From the NCBI GenBank assembly GCA_028825445.1, contig JAPKAD010000006.1:39877-103876 (forward strand): 64,000 bases of DNA, in the 5' to 3' direction. This stretch comes from Octadecabacter sp. (GTDB lineage Bacteria > Pseudomonadota > Alphaproteobacteria > Rhodobacterales > Rhodobacteraceae). Position 1 is the first letter of the stretch. Each line of letters opens with the position of its first letter. Shown here in pieces: positions 1-10,044 of the stretch. The position numbers and the translations under genes are program-made. The notes below the pieces were generated by a model, which was given only the letters and a program-made list of their open reading frames with translations, did no database searches and had not been told where the DNA came from.

Positions 1-1
1 G

Positions 2-88
2 CCCACAAAAAAAACTACAGCGAAAACGCAGGCTGCAAAAAAGACAACGCCAAAAATCGTCGATACAGACAGTGACGTTTTAGAATAG
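2..88 (+). CDS. 3' end of a gene entering the window; Lys/Thr/Ala-rich tail, possibly DNA topoisomerase I
   Basis: Frame 2 reads PTKKTTAKTQAAKKTTPKIVDTDSDVLE to TAG at 86-88. Resembles the basic C-tail of alphaproteobacterial TopA; identity is inference only. Confidence 0.45.
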   Translation, partial: PTKKTTAKTQAAKKTTPKIVDTDSDVLE

Positions 89-173
89 CGCCACAACGCG
101 GCATATTCATCGATACCACCGTTGACACCCCCAGCAGCCCGCTTATCTATGTGTCAAATTTAATGGGGCTGAC

Positions 174-887
174 ATGCAAAAAATCTATCCAAACGCCACA
201 TCAGCCCTTGATGGGCTGCTTACAAGCGGTATGTTAATTGCGGCAGGTGGTTTTGGCCTTTGTGGCATTCCAGAATTATTATTGGGGGCTATCAAAGATG
301 CTGGCACCAAGAATTTAATTTTTGCATCCAACAATGCTGGCATAGATGACTTTGGCATAGGTATCTTGCTACAAACTCACCAAGTCAAAAAAATGATTAG
401 CTCTTACGTTGGCGAAAATGCAGAATTTATGCGTCAGTACTTATCAGGCGAACTCGAACTCGAATTTAACCCGCAAGGCACGTTAGCAGAACGTATGCGC
501 GCAGGCGGCTCCGGCATTCCTGGTTTTTACACAAAAACTGGAGTCGGTACAGTTATTGCAGATGGCAAAGAACATAAGGATTTCGTCGGATCCGATGGAA
601 ACACCCAAACCTATATCATGGAAGAAGGCATTGTTGCCGACCTCGCCATAGTAAAAGCTTGGAAAGCCGATGAAACTGGCAATTTGATTTTTAGGAAAAC
701 TGCGCGTAACTTCAATCCAGTTGCAGCCATGTGCGGCAAAGTCTGTGTTGTTGAGGTTGAAGAGATCGTTCCAGTCGGCACGTTTGACCCTGACCACATC
801 CACCTACCGGGCATTTACGTGCACCGAATTATTCAAGGCGACCATGAAAAACGTATTGAACAACGTACCGTTAGGGAGAAATCATAA
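174..887 (+). CDS. scoA: 3-oxoacid CoA-transferase subunit A
   Basis: GGFGLCGIPE, SSYVGEN, PQGTLAER and ARNFNP motifs; stop overlaps the subunit B start. Confidence 0.93.
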   Translation: MQKIYPNATSALDGLLTSGMLIAAGGFGLCGIPELLLGAIKDAGTKNLIFASNNAGIDDFGIGILLQTHQVKKMISSYVGENAEFMRQYLSGELELEFNPQGTLAERMRAGGSGIPGFYTKTGVGTVIADGKEHKDFVGSDGNTQTYIMEEGIVADLAIVKAWKADETGNLIFRKTARNFNPVAAMCGKVCVVEVEEIVPVGTFDPDHIHLPGIYVHRIIQGDHEKRIEQRTVREKS

Positions 888-1510
888 TGGCTTGGGACCG
901 AAACCAAATGGCCAAACGCGCCGCCACTGAACTTAAAGACGGCTGGTATGTAAACCTCGGTATCGGTATCCCGACACTGGTAGCCAATTACGTCGGGGAC
1001 AAAGATATCACGTTACAAAGCGAAAATGGCATGCTCGGAATGGGCCCTTTCCCGATTGAGGGCGATGAAGATCCTGATCTCATCAACGCTGGTAAACAAA
1101 CCATTACAGAACTAAATCGAACAGCCTATTTCGACAGTGCAACTTCGTTTGGCATGATCCGCGGTGGCAAAATCGCCTGCGCAGTCCTCGGTGCAATGGA
1201 AGTCAATGAAAAGGGTGATCTGGCAAATTGGATGATTCCTGGCAAGCTTGTCAAAGGCATGGGAGGGGCGATGGACCTTGTAGCAGGTGTTGGTCGCGTC
1301 ATCGCTTTGATGGACCACACCAACAAACACGGCGACAGCAAGCTGCTACGCCAGTGCACCTTACCGCTCACTGGCAAGGCCGTAGTGGATCGCATAATCA
1401 CTAATCTTGGCGTTCTTGATGTTGTCGTGGGTGGTCTCAAAATAGTAGAATGCGCTGACGGTGTCACAGAAGACGAACTGCACGCTGCCACTGAAGCTAA
1501 GATAGTCTAA
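887..1510 (+). CDS. scoB: 3-oxoacid CoA-transferase subunit B
   Basis: VNLGIGIPT, catalytic SENG, GMGGAMDL. Confidence 0.93.
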   Translation: MAWDRNQMAKRAATELKDGWYVNLGIGIPTLVANYVGDKDITLQSENGMLGMGPFPIEGDEDPDLINAGKQTITELNRTAYFDSATSFGMIRGGKIACAVLGAMEVNEKGDLANWMIPGKLVKGMGGAMDLVAGVGRVIALMDHTNKHGDSKLLRQCTLPLTGKAVVDRIITNLGVLDVVVGGLKIVECADGVTEDELHAATEAKIV

Positions 1511-1621
1511 ATAAAACAAAGTGTCTCAGGCCTACACACAAGTCCATACTCTCTAAGTTTTTGCTTAATATATATTCGACCTTATGCTAGAAAATCTTTA
1601 ATAAGCTAACTGTTTTTTTTG

Positions 1622-2480
1622 TCATTTTAATTGGTAGGGTTGCGCAGAATAAAGCGATAAACAATACACAATAACGGACTTACGAAGTAAATAACCAAGC
1701 ATTTTGCAAGAACAAGTATTATGCGTCAGCGCTGCTTGATCAAGATCGTCTTTACTGCAAAGTGACAGATTAATGTCCTTAAGGGGATACTGTCGCAAAA
1801 TCTCGTTGCTGTTCTCGTAACTTACGAGCTCCCATAAACACTGGGGGTTACAGTAAGAGAAAGAGATATTAATCATGACGCTGAATCTGCTATAGTCTAC
1901 CTGATCAGTATCGCTGATGCCAAGTTAGCAATAACTTGATAGTTTTACAAAATTGGCCGACATAATAGTTGTTACTTAATAAGACAGTTACGATATCTAT
2001 GAGAGAATATTTATTATCAATTAAAACGATACCTAAGCATCGTTACAAAAGTGTCAACTAAAACATTTTATTTCCATTTTTTAAATAACAAGGCATTCTA
2101 AACTCACAGATGCGGGCGTAAGAGTTTAAAAATTGCGTGAAAAATCCGCAAAATAGATAATATGATACAAAACCTTGGCCTTACTGGCGACTACGGCCAA
2201 GCTAGAAATGTTTCTAAAATGGCATGAAAGGAAAAATTCCACTGGATGAACCGACTTGGGTGTGACTGCTACAAAAAGGGATTTCCAACCGTTAATGACG
2301 ACTATGCAAATTTTCAGCAGATATTATGAATTGATTAGTTTATGGAAATTTGTAATTTTAATAGAATTCTTTACGAGATCACACCAGATTTTGTTGATCA
2401 CGCTCAAGCAGTCATGTTTGCTAAAAAGGTGCAATTATTCATTCAAATAAACACATGATACACCCAAAATACAAAAGCAA
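1622..2480 (-). mobile_element. Eroded IS30-family transposase (fossil IS); boundaries approximate
   Basis: ORF 1622..1876 (SYCNPQCLWELVSYENSNEILRQYPLKDINLSLCSKDDLDQAALTHNTCSCKMLGY) follows the IS30 C-terminal pattern YFCDPxSPWQRGxNENxNGLLRQYFPKxTDLS...LNxRPRKxLG. Upstream, in a shifted frame, LLTWHQR (~1911-1932) matches SLTWDRG. Many stops and frameshifts. Confidence 0.8.
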
Positions 2481-2578
2481 AAGTGGGCTATTCAATCATA
2501 CTTCGGACAACCCGCAGGATATATTAAAAGCAAAGTCACTGAGAGTGGCTTGACCTTCAGGCGAGAGAGCGCACCTTT

Positions 2579-4987
2579 ATGGAAATGAATACTTTGCCTC
2601 CAAAGTTTGAAGATTGGTTTACCACCAAAGGTTGGTCCATCCATCCCCATCAGGTTGAAATGCTAGCGCGGGCAGACGCGCCATCCTTGCTGTTAATCGC
2701 GCCAACGGGTGGCGGCAAAACTTTGGCAGGATTTTTGCCTACTCTGGTTGAGCTGGCCAACGATGCACATAAAGGATTGCACACCCTTTATGTGTCCCCA
2801 CTGAAGGCGCTGGCGGCAGACATAAAGCGTAATCTTGGCACGCCGATTACGGAAATGTCCTTACCTATTCGAGTTGAAGACCGCACGGGGGACACTTCGT
2901 ACACCCAAAAACGCCGCCAACGTGCCGACCCGCCACATATTCTCTTAACAACGCCAGAAAGCCTTGCACTGTTGATATCATACGAAGATGCGCCAAAAAT
3001 ATTTGCAGGGCTACGACGAGTGATCGTAGATGAAATTCATGCGCTCGCAGAAAGTAAAAGAGGCGATCAGTTGATGTTAGCTTTGTCACGGCTACAAACT
3101 CTAGCGCCAGGACTACGACGTGTGGGGCTTTCGGCAACTGTTGAAGACCCAGACGCGATAGCCCACGGAATGGCGGCCCATCCTGACCCCTGCCCTATAC
3201 TTCTTGCTCATCCAGGGCCTAATCCTGATATTTCAATGCTCGTCACCACCCAGCGCCCACCATGGTCGGGTGGTGGCGCAAAATATTCGATTCCCGCCGT
3301 TCTAGACCTTGTAAACAAGCACAAAACTACTTTGATTTTTCACAACACCCGTGCGCAAGCTGAGATTTATTTTCACAATCTCTGGCTTGCTAACGATGGT
3401 GGGCTACCAATTGGCATCCACCACGGTAGCCTCAGCCGAGATCAACGTGCCAAAGTCGAAGCAGCAATGGTGCGTGGTGATTTGCGGGCCATTGTATGCA
3501 CAGGGTCGCTTGATTTGGGGATTGATTGGGGCAATGTGGATTTAGTAATCCAGATTGGCGCGCCTAAAAACGTTAAACGCTTAATCCAACGCATTGGCCG
3601 TGCCAATCATCACTACAACGTACCTTCCAAGGCCGTTCTGGTACCCGCCAATCGGTTCGAAGTCGTTGAATGTGTCGCAGCACTTGAAGCTGCAAAAGAG
3701 AATGATCTTGATGGTGATCCAAAAGGGGCTGGCCCACGGGATGTGCTTTGCCAGCATATTTTGATCGTAGCGTGTTCCGCGCCATTCGATCCCACAGAAC
3801 TTTTCAATGAGATCAGAACAGTCGGGGCATTCAGCAATCTGTCCCGCACAGCGTTCGATAACTGCTTAGATTTTTGCGCGACGGGTGGCTATGCTTTACG
3901 CGCATACGATCAATGGAAACGTCTTAGAGAATTAAATAGTAAATGGCAATTGCGCGACCCACGCAGTGCTGCTCGCATCCGTATGAATCTTGGCACGATC
4001 TACGATATCGAAACTCTTAAGGTCAAATTTCGCCGTTCTGCCAAATCATTAGGCGAGGTCGAAGAAGCCTTCGCCGCAACCCTGACCCCCGGTGATACCT
4101 TTTTGATCGGCGGTCAAATCGTGCGTTATGAGGCGCTGAACCAGCTTACAGTGGAGGTCAGCCGCAACAAAGGCACAACACCCAAGGTTGCGACTTTTTT
4201 TGGTACAAAATTCTCAACCTCAACCCAATTATCCCAAAGAATTTTGAGGATGTTTCAAGAGGATCATTGGCCTGATCTTCCTGATCATACTTCAGAATGG
4301 TTACAGATGCAGCGCAGAGTGTCCAAACTGCCTGAGGCAGGGAGAATTTTAGTTGAGACTTTTCCACAGAACGGGCGTGAAAACATGGTCGTTTATAGCT
4401 TTGCTGGAATAAACGCGAACCGCACACTAGGACTCATCCTGACACAACGGATGGAGGCTGCAGGATTAAACCCTCTCGGCTTCGTCGTTACTGATTATGC
4501 CTTGATGATCTGGGGACTAACGGCTGTTACAAACATGGAACCACTATTTGATCCTGACAATATGCGTGACGGGCTTGAAACATGGCTACAGGGCAACGCG
4601 GTGATGAAACGCTCATTCCGCATGGCCGCAACAATTGCAGGCTTGATCGAACGCAACACACGTGGAGGGCGCAAATCAGGACGGCAGGCGACGTTTTCGA
4701 GCGATATCCTGTATGATACGTTGGCTAAATATGACCCCGACCATCTAATGCTGCAAATCACCTATGAAGAGGCAATGCGCGGGCTGGTTGATTTTGGCCG
4801 CGTTGAAGAACTATTGCACCGCACCAAAGGCCGTGTTGATCATGTAACCCTGAAGCGTGTAACACCATTGGCCGCTCCATTATTTCTTGAACCTGGATGT
4901 ATTCCGATATTTGGAGACGGCCGTGAACGCCTATTGCAAGACCGCGCAGCCGAATTGATGGCCGAGGCGGGACTTGCGAATTTGTAG
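2579..4987 (+). CDS. Lhr-core DEXH helicase (ligase-associated DNA damage response family)
   Basis: APTGGGKT, SPLKAL, TTPESL, DEIH, SAT, HHGSL, SLDLGID, QRIGRA; 802 aa; followed by a metallophosphoesterase. Confidence 0.9.
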   Translation: MEMNTLPPKFEDWFTTKGWSIHPHQVEMLARADAPSLLLIAPTGGGKTLAGFLPTLVELANDAHKGLHTLYVSPLKALAADIKRNLGTPITEMSLPIRVEDRTGDTSYTQKRRQRADPPHILLTTPESLALLISYEDAPKIFAGLRRVIVDEIHALAESKRGDQLMLALSRLQTLAPGLRRVGLSATVEDPDAIAHGMAAHPDPCPILLAHPGPNPDISMLVTTQRPPWSGGGAKYSIPAVLDLVNKHKTTLIFHNTRAQAEIYFHNLWLANDGGLPIGIHHGSLSRDQRAKVEAAMVRGDLRAIVCTGSLDLGIDWGNVDLVIQIGAPKNVKRLIQRIGRANHHYNVPSKAVLVPANRFEVVECVAALEAAKENDLDGDPKGAGPRDVLCQHILIVACSAPFDPTELFNEIRTVGAFSNLSRTAFDNCLDFCATGGYALRAYDQWKRLRELNSKWQLRDPRSAARIRMNLGTIYDIETLKVKFRRSAKSLGEVEEAFAATLTPGDTFLIGGQIVRYEALNQLTVEVSRNKGTTPKVATFFGTKFSTSTQLSQRILRMFQEDHWPDLPDHTSEWLQMQRRVSKLPEAGRILVETFPQNGRENMVVYSFAGINANRTLGLILTQRMEAAGLNPLGFVVTDYALMIWGLTAVTNMEPLFDPDNMRDGLETWLQGNAVMKRSFRMAATIAGLIERNTRGGRKSGRQATFSSDILYDTLAKYDPDHLMLQITYEEAMRGLVDFGRVEELLHRTKGRVDHVTLKRVTPLAAPLFLEPGCIPIFGDGRERLLQDRAAELMAEAGLANL

Positions 4988-5035
4988 TTTATTTATAATC
5001 AAAGTTTGTATGAAACGTTGGGAATGGAACGGGCT

Positions 5036-5725
5036 ATGAACCATTATGCTTTTTACCTTGCCAACACACTTTTGCACGCATACCCCGACGGATCGCTCTG
5101 GTATCCATCGAAACGCATTTTGTGTGTGTCTGATCTGCATTTAGGAAAATCGGAAAGAATTGCGCGACGCGGTGGCATTCTTTTACCACCCTACGAAACC
5201 CGTGAAACCCTATGGCGGCTAGAAAAAGCCGTTGCTGCAATAGACCCAGCAAAAGTTATTTGCTTGGGCGATAGTTTCGATGATCTAGACGCGGCAAAAT
5301 CTGCCAGCGATGAGACCCGCACAACACTAGCCCGTTTACAAACAGGGCGTGAATGGGTCTGGATTGAAGGCAATCATGACCCTGGACCTTTAGATTTAGG
5401 TTTAGGTTTAGGTGGGTCACACAGGGAAGAGTTTAAAAGCGATCCGCTGACATTTCGCCATATCGCGCAGGCATCAGCGCAAGATGTTGTTGTAGGCGAA
5501 ATCTCGGGTCATTATCATCCTAAAGCAGCCATACTTGGTACGAGACACAGACCATGTTTTCTATTGGATAAAGCCCGCTTGATAATGCCGGCATTCGGGA
5601 CTTATACGGGTGGAATGTCAGCACGACAGGCAGTTTTAGCCAATCTGATGTCGACTGACACGCTAGCTATTCTGACAGGTAAATATGCCATTCCAATTCC
5701 ACTGGCCGCCTGCACTATTCGCTGA
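5036..5725 (+). CDS. pdeM: Ligase-associated DNA damage response endonuclease (metallophosphoesterase)
   Basis: SDLHLGK, LPPYET, LGDSFDD, GNHD, GHYHP, PAFGTYTGG; start placed at ATG 5036. Confidence 0.88.
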   Translation: MNHYAFYLANTLLHAYPDGSLWYPSKRILCVSDLHLGKSERIARRGGILLPPYETRETLWRLEKAVAAIDPAKVICLGDSFDDLDAAKSASDETRTTLARLQTGREWVWIEGNHDPGPLDLGLGLGGSHREEFKSDPLTFRHIAQASAQDVVVGEISGHYHPKAAILGTRHRPCFLLDKARLIMPAFGTYTGGMSARQAVLANLMSTDTLAILTGKYAIPIPLAACTIR

Positions 5726-6400
5726 TGACGCCCGGAGTGATAAGATTAGTGCTATATGCTGGACCACTAGACACTGTCATGCCACTTATTAGCTTAATCA
5801 TCTCACTTTCGCCCGTAACACGAGCCATTGCCAAACCTACTGCCCAATGCGAACCGTGGACCGTGGACCAAAGAGCCCATTTCAAGTTCAACTTTGGCAA
5901 CAGCATGATGTAAACGCATTAACAAACTATGTTGTGCATCGCCACTTGCAAAAACACGCATGTTTTGGTTAGCTGAAATATCCCAATACATTCGTATATT
6001 TGTAACGGCTGGTACCTGCATGAAAATCTACCTTTCATATCGCACTTTAAACTCTGACAAACTGTTACTGCAAAAGCAAAAACTGGGGAACTTGAACACA
6101 GAAATTGCCATAGTATGAAATACTACAGACAAAAATCGTACTTTCACCGGCACTTCAAATCGTACCAAACACAGATTAAACGCAACAATATTTGAACCAG
6201 ACAAGCACAAGTTTCAATGTTTAACTGCTAATCGAGCAATCAGCATGCTCAAATAAATAAATCACCCAATGAAGGCTGAGTATTTAATATTCCAATTTAG
6301 ATCGTTATGGAAACGATGAGCAAATTCATCACCCAAATCAAGTAAATAACCATAAGTTTAATTTTTGAAAACCTTGCCAGACTTGACACAATCATTTCAC
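5715..6400 (-). pseudogene. LytTR DNA-binding domain protein remnant; 5' boundary approximate
   Basis: Two offset frames join: DISANQNMRVFASGDAQHSLLMRLHHAVAKVE (5803..6021) and VHGSHWAVGLAMARV...TVSSGPAYSTNLITPGVI (5715..5906), matching LytTR SAxDHYVxV...LLMRLxDA...HRSHWV...VPVSRxY. Hydrophobic fragments lie upstream. Confidence 0.65.
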
Positions 6401-6486
6401 AAACAACACCAAAAAACATTCGCTAAATAATGGAACAGTTTGCTTTTAGCTTGAATTTCACACGAACAAAAAATCAAGGTAAAATC

Positions 6487-7380
6487 TTAAGCAGTCAAAC
6501 CTTTGGGCTCCACGAGGTTATTTACACGGCAACAGGCCGTCACAGTGTTCGCAAGCAGGCATGCAATTGTCATTGGCCCAACACCGCCTGGAACCGGCGT
6601 GATAGCGCCAGCAACTGCTGCGCAGCTTTCATATTCAACATCACCAACCAAACGCGTTCCACCTTCCGGCTTATCAATGCGATTAATGCCAACATCTATC
6701 ACAGTTGCTCCCGGTTTAATCCAATCGCCAGGAACCATTTGAGAACGACCAACAGCCGCCACAACGATATCCGCGCGGCGCACAACCTCCGCCAGATCTT
6801 TGGTCCGCGAATGGGCAATCGTCACCGTGCAACTATCACCAAGCAAAAGCTGAGCCATCGGTTTACCGACAATGTTAGATCGCCCAATGACCACGGCATT
6901 CAGACCCGACAAACTTCCGAGGTGATCACGCAACATCATCAAGGAACCCAGAGGGGTACAAGGAACCATGGCCTTTTGACCAGTTCCTAGCAGTCCAACA
7001 TTAGAAATGTGAAACCCGTCTACGTCCTTAGCTGGATCAATGGAATTGATCACCAAATCACTATTCAAGTGATCGGGCAGCGGCAATTGAACAAGAATAC
7101 CATGAATAGTTGGATCATCGTTGAGGCTTTGCACCATCGCTAATAAATCAGCCTCAGATACATCCGAATTCATACGGTGTTCCACTGACTTCATGCCAAC
7201 CTCAACAGTCATTTTACCCTTGGACTTGACGTAGACTTGGCTTGCAGGGTCGTCCCCGACCAGCACAACAGCCAAACCGGGTATAATCCCATGATCCGCC
7301 TTTAGTTTGGAGACTTGTTCACCTACCAGCCCGCGCACTTTGGCTGCAAAGGCCTTTCCGTCAATCACAGTGGCTGCCAT
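6487..7380 (-). CDS. folD: Methylenetetrahydrofolate dehydrogenase/cyclohydrolase
   Basis: [40 protein letters not shown]. Confidence 0.97.
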   Translation of the reverse strand: MAATVIDGKAFAAKVRGLVGEQVSKLKADHGIIPGLAVVLVGDDPASQVYVKSKGKMTVEVGMKSVEHRMNSDVSEADLLAMVQSLNDDPTIHGILVQLPLPDHLNSDLVINSIDPAKDVDGFHISNVGLLGTGQKAMVPCTPLGSLMMLRDHLGSLSGLNAVVIGRSNIVGKPMAQLLLGDSCTVTIAHSRTKDLAEVVRRADIVVAAVGRSQMVPGDWIKPGATVIDVGINRIDKPEGGTRLVGDVEYESCAAVAGAITPVPGGVGPMTIACLLANTVTACCRVNNLVEPKGLTA

Positions 7381-7473
7381 TTAGTCTCTCCTAGAATTAA
7401 AAAAGGTAGAGGGTTGCAGCTTGGCTATAACCAAACCGCTTCCCCCACTGCCGAGATGCCTAAGGCATTCAGC

Positions 7474-9150
7474 CTAAAACAAGCCTTCGATTTGACCGTC
7501 ATCATTCAAGTGAATATTTTCAGCAGACGGTGTACGAGGCAAGCCTGGCATCGTCATGATCTCACCACAGACAACAACAACGAAACCAGCACCCGCAGAC
7601 AGACGCACTTCGCGCACTGGTATAGAGAACCCTGTTGGTGCACCGCGCAAAGTTGGATCAGTTGAAAACGAATACTGCGTTTTTGCCATACAAACTGGTA
7701 AGCTTCCGTAGCCTTGATCTTCCCACAACTTCAATTGATCACGGATCTTTTGATCCATCAATGCCTCATCAGCATGGTAGATACGCTTTGCAATGGTCTG
7801 AATTTTATCAGCTAACTTCATGTCATCTGGGTAAATTGGTGCGAAAGCGCTGACGCCACTATCAGCAATTTCTGCAACGCGTGTTGCAAGCACCTCAGAT
7901 CCTTTTGATCCATGCTCCCAATGCTGTGACAGAATTGCTTCAGATCCCTGAGTTTTCACGTAATTCTTCACGGCCTGCACTTCTGCGTCAGTATCAGTGA
8001 CAAAGTGGTTGATCGCCACGACAACTGGAACCCCAAAAGATTTTAGGTTGCCAATGTGACGTCCAAGGTTGGCACAACCATTGTTCACAGCCGAAACATC
8101 CTCGTTACTAAGATCTTTTTTTGCAACCCCACCGTTCATTTTCATCGCCCGTACGGTTGCAACCAACACTACGCAATCGGGTGAAAGATCAGCTTTGCGG
8201 CATTTGATATTCATAAATTTCTCAGCACCAAGATCGGCACCAAAGCCCGCTTCAGTCACAACATAATCTGCAATTTTCAGCGCCGTTGTTGTTGCAATAA
8301 CTGAATTACAGCCGTGCGCGATGTTTGCAAACGGGCCGCCATGCACGAATGCTGGGTTGTTTTCCAATGTCTGCACTAAGTTAGGCTGCATTGCATCCTT
8401 CAACAGTACAGTCATCGCACCATCTGCTTTGATATCGCGCGCAAATACGGGGCTGCGATCACGGCGATAGGCCACTATCATGCTACCTAGGCGCTTCTCA
8501 AGATCTTTAAGGTTATTGGATAAACACAAAATTGCCATAACTTCTGATGCCACAGTGATGTCAAAACCCGCTTCGCGTGGGAAACCGTTAGCCACACCGC
8601 CTAGGGACGCAGTGATCTGTCGCAACGCACGATCGTTCATGTCAACAACGCGACGCCAGACAACACGGCGAATGTCGATTTCCAACTCGTTGCCCCAATA
8701 GATATGATTGTCGATCATAGCTGAAAGTAGCGAATGTGCAGATGTAATCGCGTGGAAGTCGCCTGTGAAGTGAAGATTCATGTCCTCCATCGGTACGATC
8801 TGTGCATAACCGCCACCGGCGGCCCCACCCTTCATGCCAAAATTTGGTCCAAGCGATGCTTCACGGATACAAACAGCAGCTTTTTTACCAATGCGGTTCA
8901 AACCATCGCCAAGACCAACCGTCGTCGTTGTCTTGCCTTCGCCAGCTGGTGTAGGGTTGATCGCAGTAACCAATATCAGCTTGCCAATTTTATTTTTTTG
9001 AACGGAATTAATGAACGACTGGCTAACTTTTGCCTTGTCGTGGCCATATGGCAACAAATCGTCACTGCTGATACCCAACTTCGCACCAATCTTTTGGATC
9101 GGCAACTTTTTGGCTTCACGTGCAATTTCAATATCAGTTTTGTAACCCAT
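7474..9150 (-). CDS. fhs: Formate--tetrahydrofolate ligase
   Basis: [43 protein letters not shown]. Confidence 0.97.
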   Translation of the reverse strand: MGYKTDIEIAREAKKLPIQKIGAKLGISSDDLLPYGHDKAKVSQSFINSVQKNKIGKLILVTAINPTPAGEGKTTTTVGLGDGLNRIGKKAAVCIREASLGPNFGMKGGAAGGGYAQIVPMEDMNLHFTGDFHAITSAHSLLSAMIDNHIYWGNELEIDIRRVVWRRVVDMNDRALRQITASLGGVANGFPREAGFDITVASEVMAILCLSNNLKDLEKRLGSMIVAYRRDRSPVFARDIKADGAMTVLLKDAMQPNLVQTLENNPAFVHGGPFANIAHGCNSVIATTTALKIADYVVTEAGFGADLGAEKFMNIKCRKADLSPDCVVLVATVRAMKMNGGVAKKDLSNEDVSAVNNGCANLGRHIGNLKSFGVPVVVAINHFVTDTDAEVQAVKNYVKTQGSEAILSQHWEHGSKGSEVLATRVAEIADSGVSAFAPIYPDDMKLADKIQTIAKRIYHADEALMDQKIRDQLKLWEDQGYGSLPVCMAKTQYSFSTDPTLRGAPTGFSIPVREVRLSAGAGFVVVVCGEIMTMPGLPRTPSAENIHLNDDGQIEGLF

Positions 9151-9321
9151 GGTTATTTCCTCAGTTCAGGTTTGATAGTCTGGACGAAACGTCCATTGAG
9201 ATTTTAGCACACGGTATTTTTTTGCGGCGCTTTGGCACACCCTAATCACGCCTAAGACAAGTTATTAAACTCGATAACGACATTATCACAGTCGGAATCG
9301 GCGGACAGTAAGATTTGTGCG

Positions 9322-9903
9322 CTATGGCGACCAGCTTGGTTGGTTGGGTATGTGCAATGTTAGAATATCGCCAACCGCAACACTTCCCTCTGCCGCAACC
9401 CACGCCGTTACACCACGGCGATCTTTAGCAGCAGATTTGAACTTTTTAGCACTTTCCCCATGGTCCACTATTAAGGATTTAGCCGGAAACTGGCAGGGTA
9501 GATTTTCCATATCGATCGTCAGAGTGGCGCCACTAGGCGCCGTGAGACGTGATGACGGCGGAACGTGGGTAAAATTAGCGATACCTTTGATGACCATAGT
9601 CGCACCCAGGCGCGCGGGATTTAACGCATCAACGCCCATTCTGGCAGCAATCTGCTCAAGCTCTTCTTGACTTATAATGCTAAGCTGGCGTTCATTCCTG
9701 ATCCGTGTTCCCTTTGCGTATTGAGATTTCACCCGCACGCAAGCTGGCCGCGTCAGACCGGCATGAAACGCACCTGCAACTCCATCAAACGCCAACTCCA
9801 ACATATTGCGAGCGGGTGCCATCAAGTTTGCACGGTCATCAGTCATCACAGCCCCCAACCAGACGATTTCAGCAGTGTAATGAGTTGGTTTGAGTGCAGG
9901 CAT
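9322..9903 (-). CDS. MOSC domain protein
   Basis: RNERQLSIIS, ENLPC, RRGVTAWV...G.V.VGD; start at ATG 9903. Confidence 0.8.
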   Translation of the reverse strand: MPALKPTHYTAEIVWLGAVMTDDRANLMAPARNMLELAFDGVAGAFHAGLTRPACVRVKSQYAKGTRIRNERQLSIISQEELEQIAARMGVDALNPARLGATMVIKGIANFTHVPPSSRLTAPSGATLTIDMENLPCQFPAKSLIVDHGESAKKFKSAAKDRRGVTAWVAAEGSVAVGDILTLHIPNQPSWSP

Positions 9904-9990
9904 TAATACTCTCCTTTGCACACGAACGTGACGTTAAGTGATGGCAGTCTCAAGCCAAATTTTTAAAATAGTATATTAATATCAGATACG

Positions 9991-10021
9991 AAAAACCCCC
10001 GAACCATCTTGATCGGGGGTT
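9991..10021 (-). terminator. Intrinsic terminator after ftsH
   Basis: Minus strand AACCCCCGA-loop-TCGGGGGTT followed by a T run. Confidence 0.75.
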
Positions 10022-10044
10022 ATTTAGCTTTCGTTTTTTTCAGT

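Noticed and set aside
5395-5412. Telomere-like repeat suggesting eukaryotic contamination
   Set aside because: Only three units, in frame within a bacterial gene.
9151-9321. ZTP or THF riboswitch upstream of fhs
   Set aside because: Could not find the conserved aptamer sequences.
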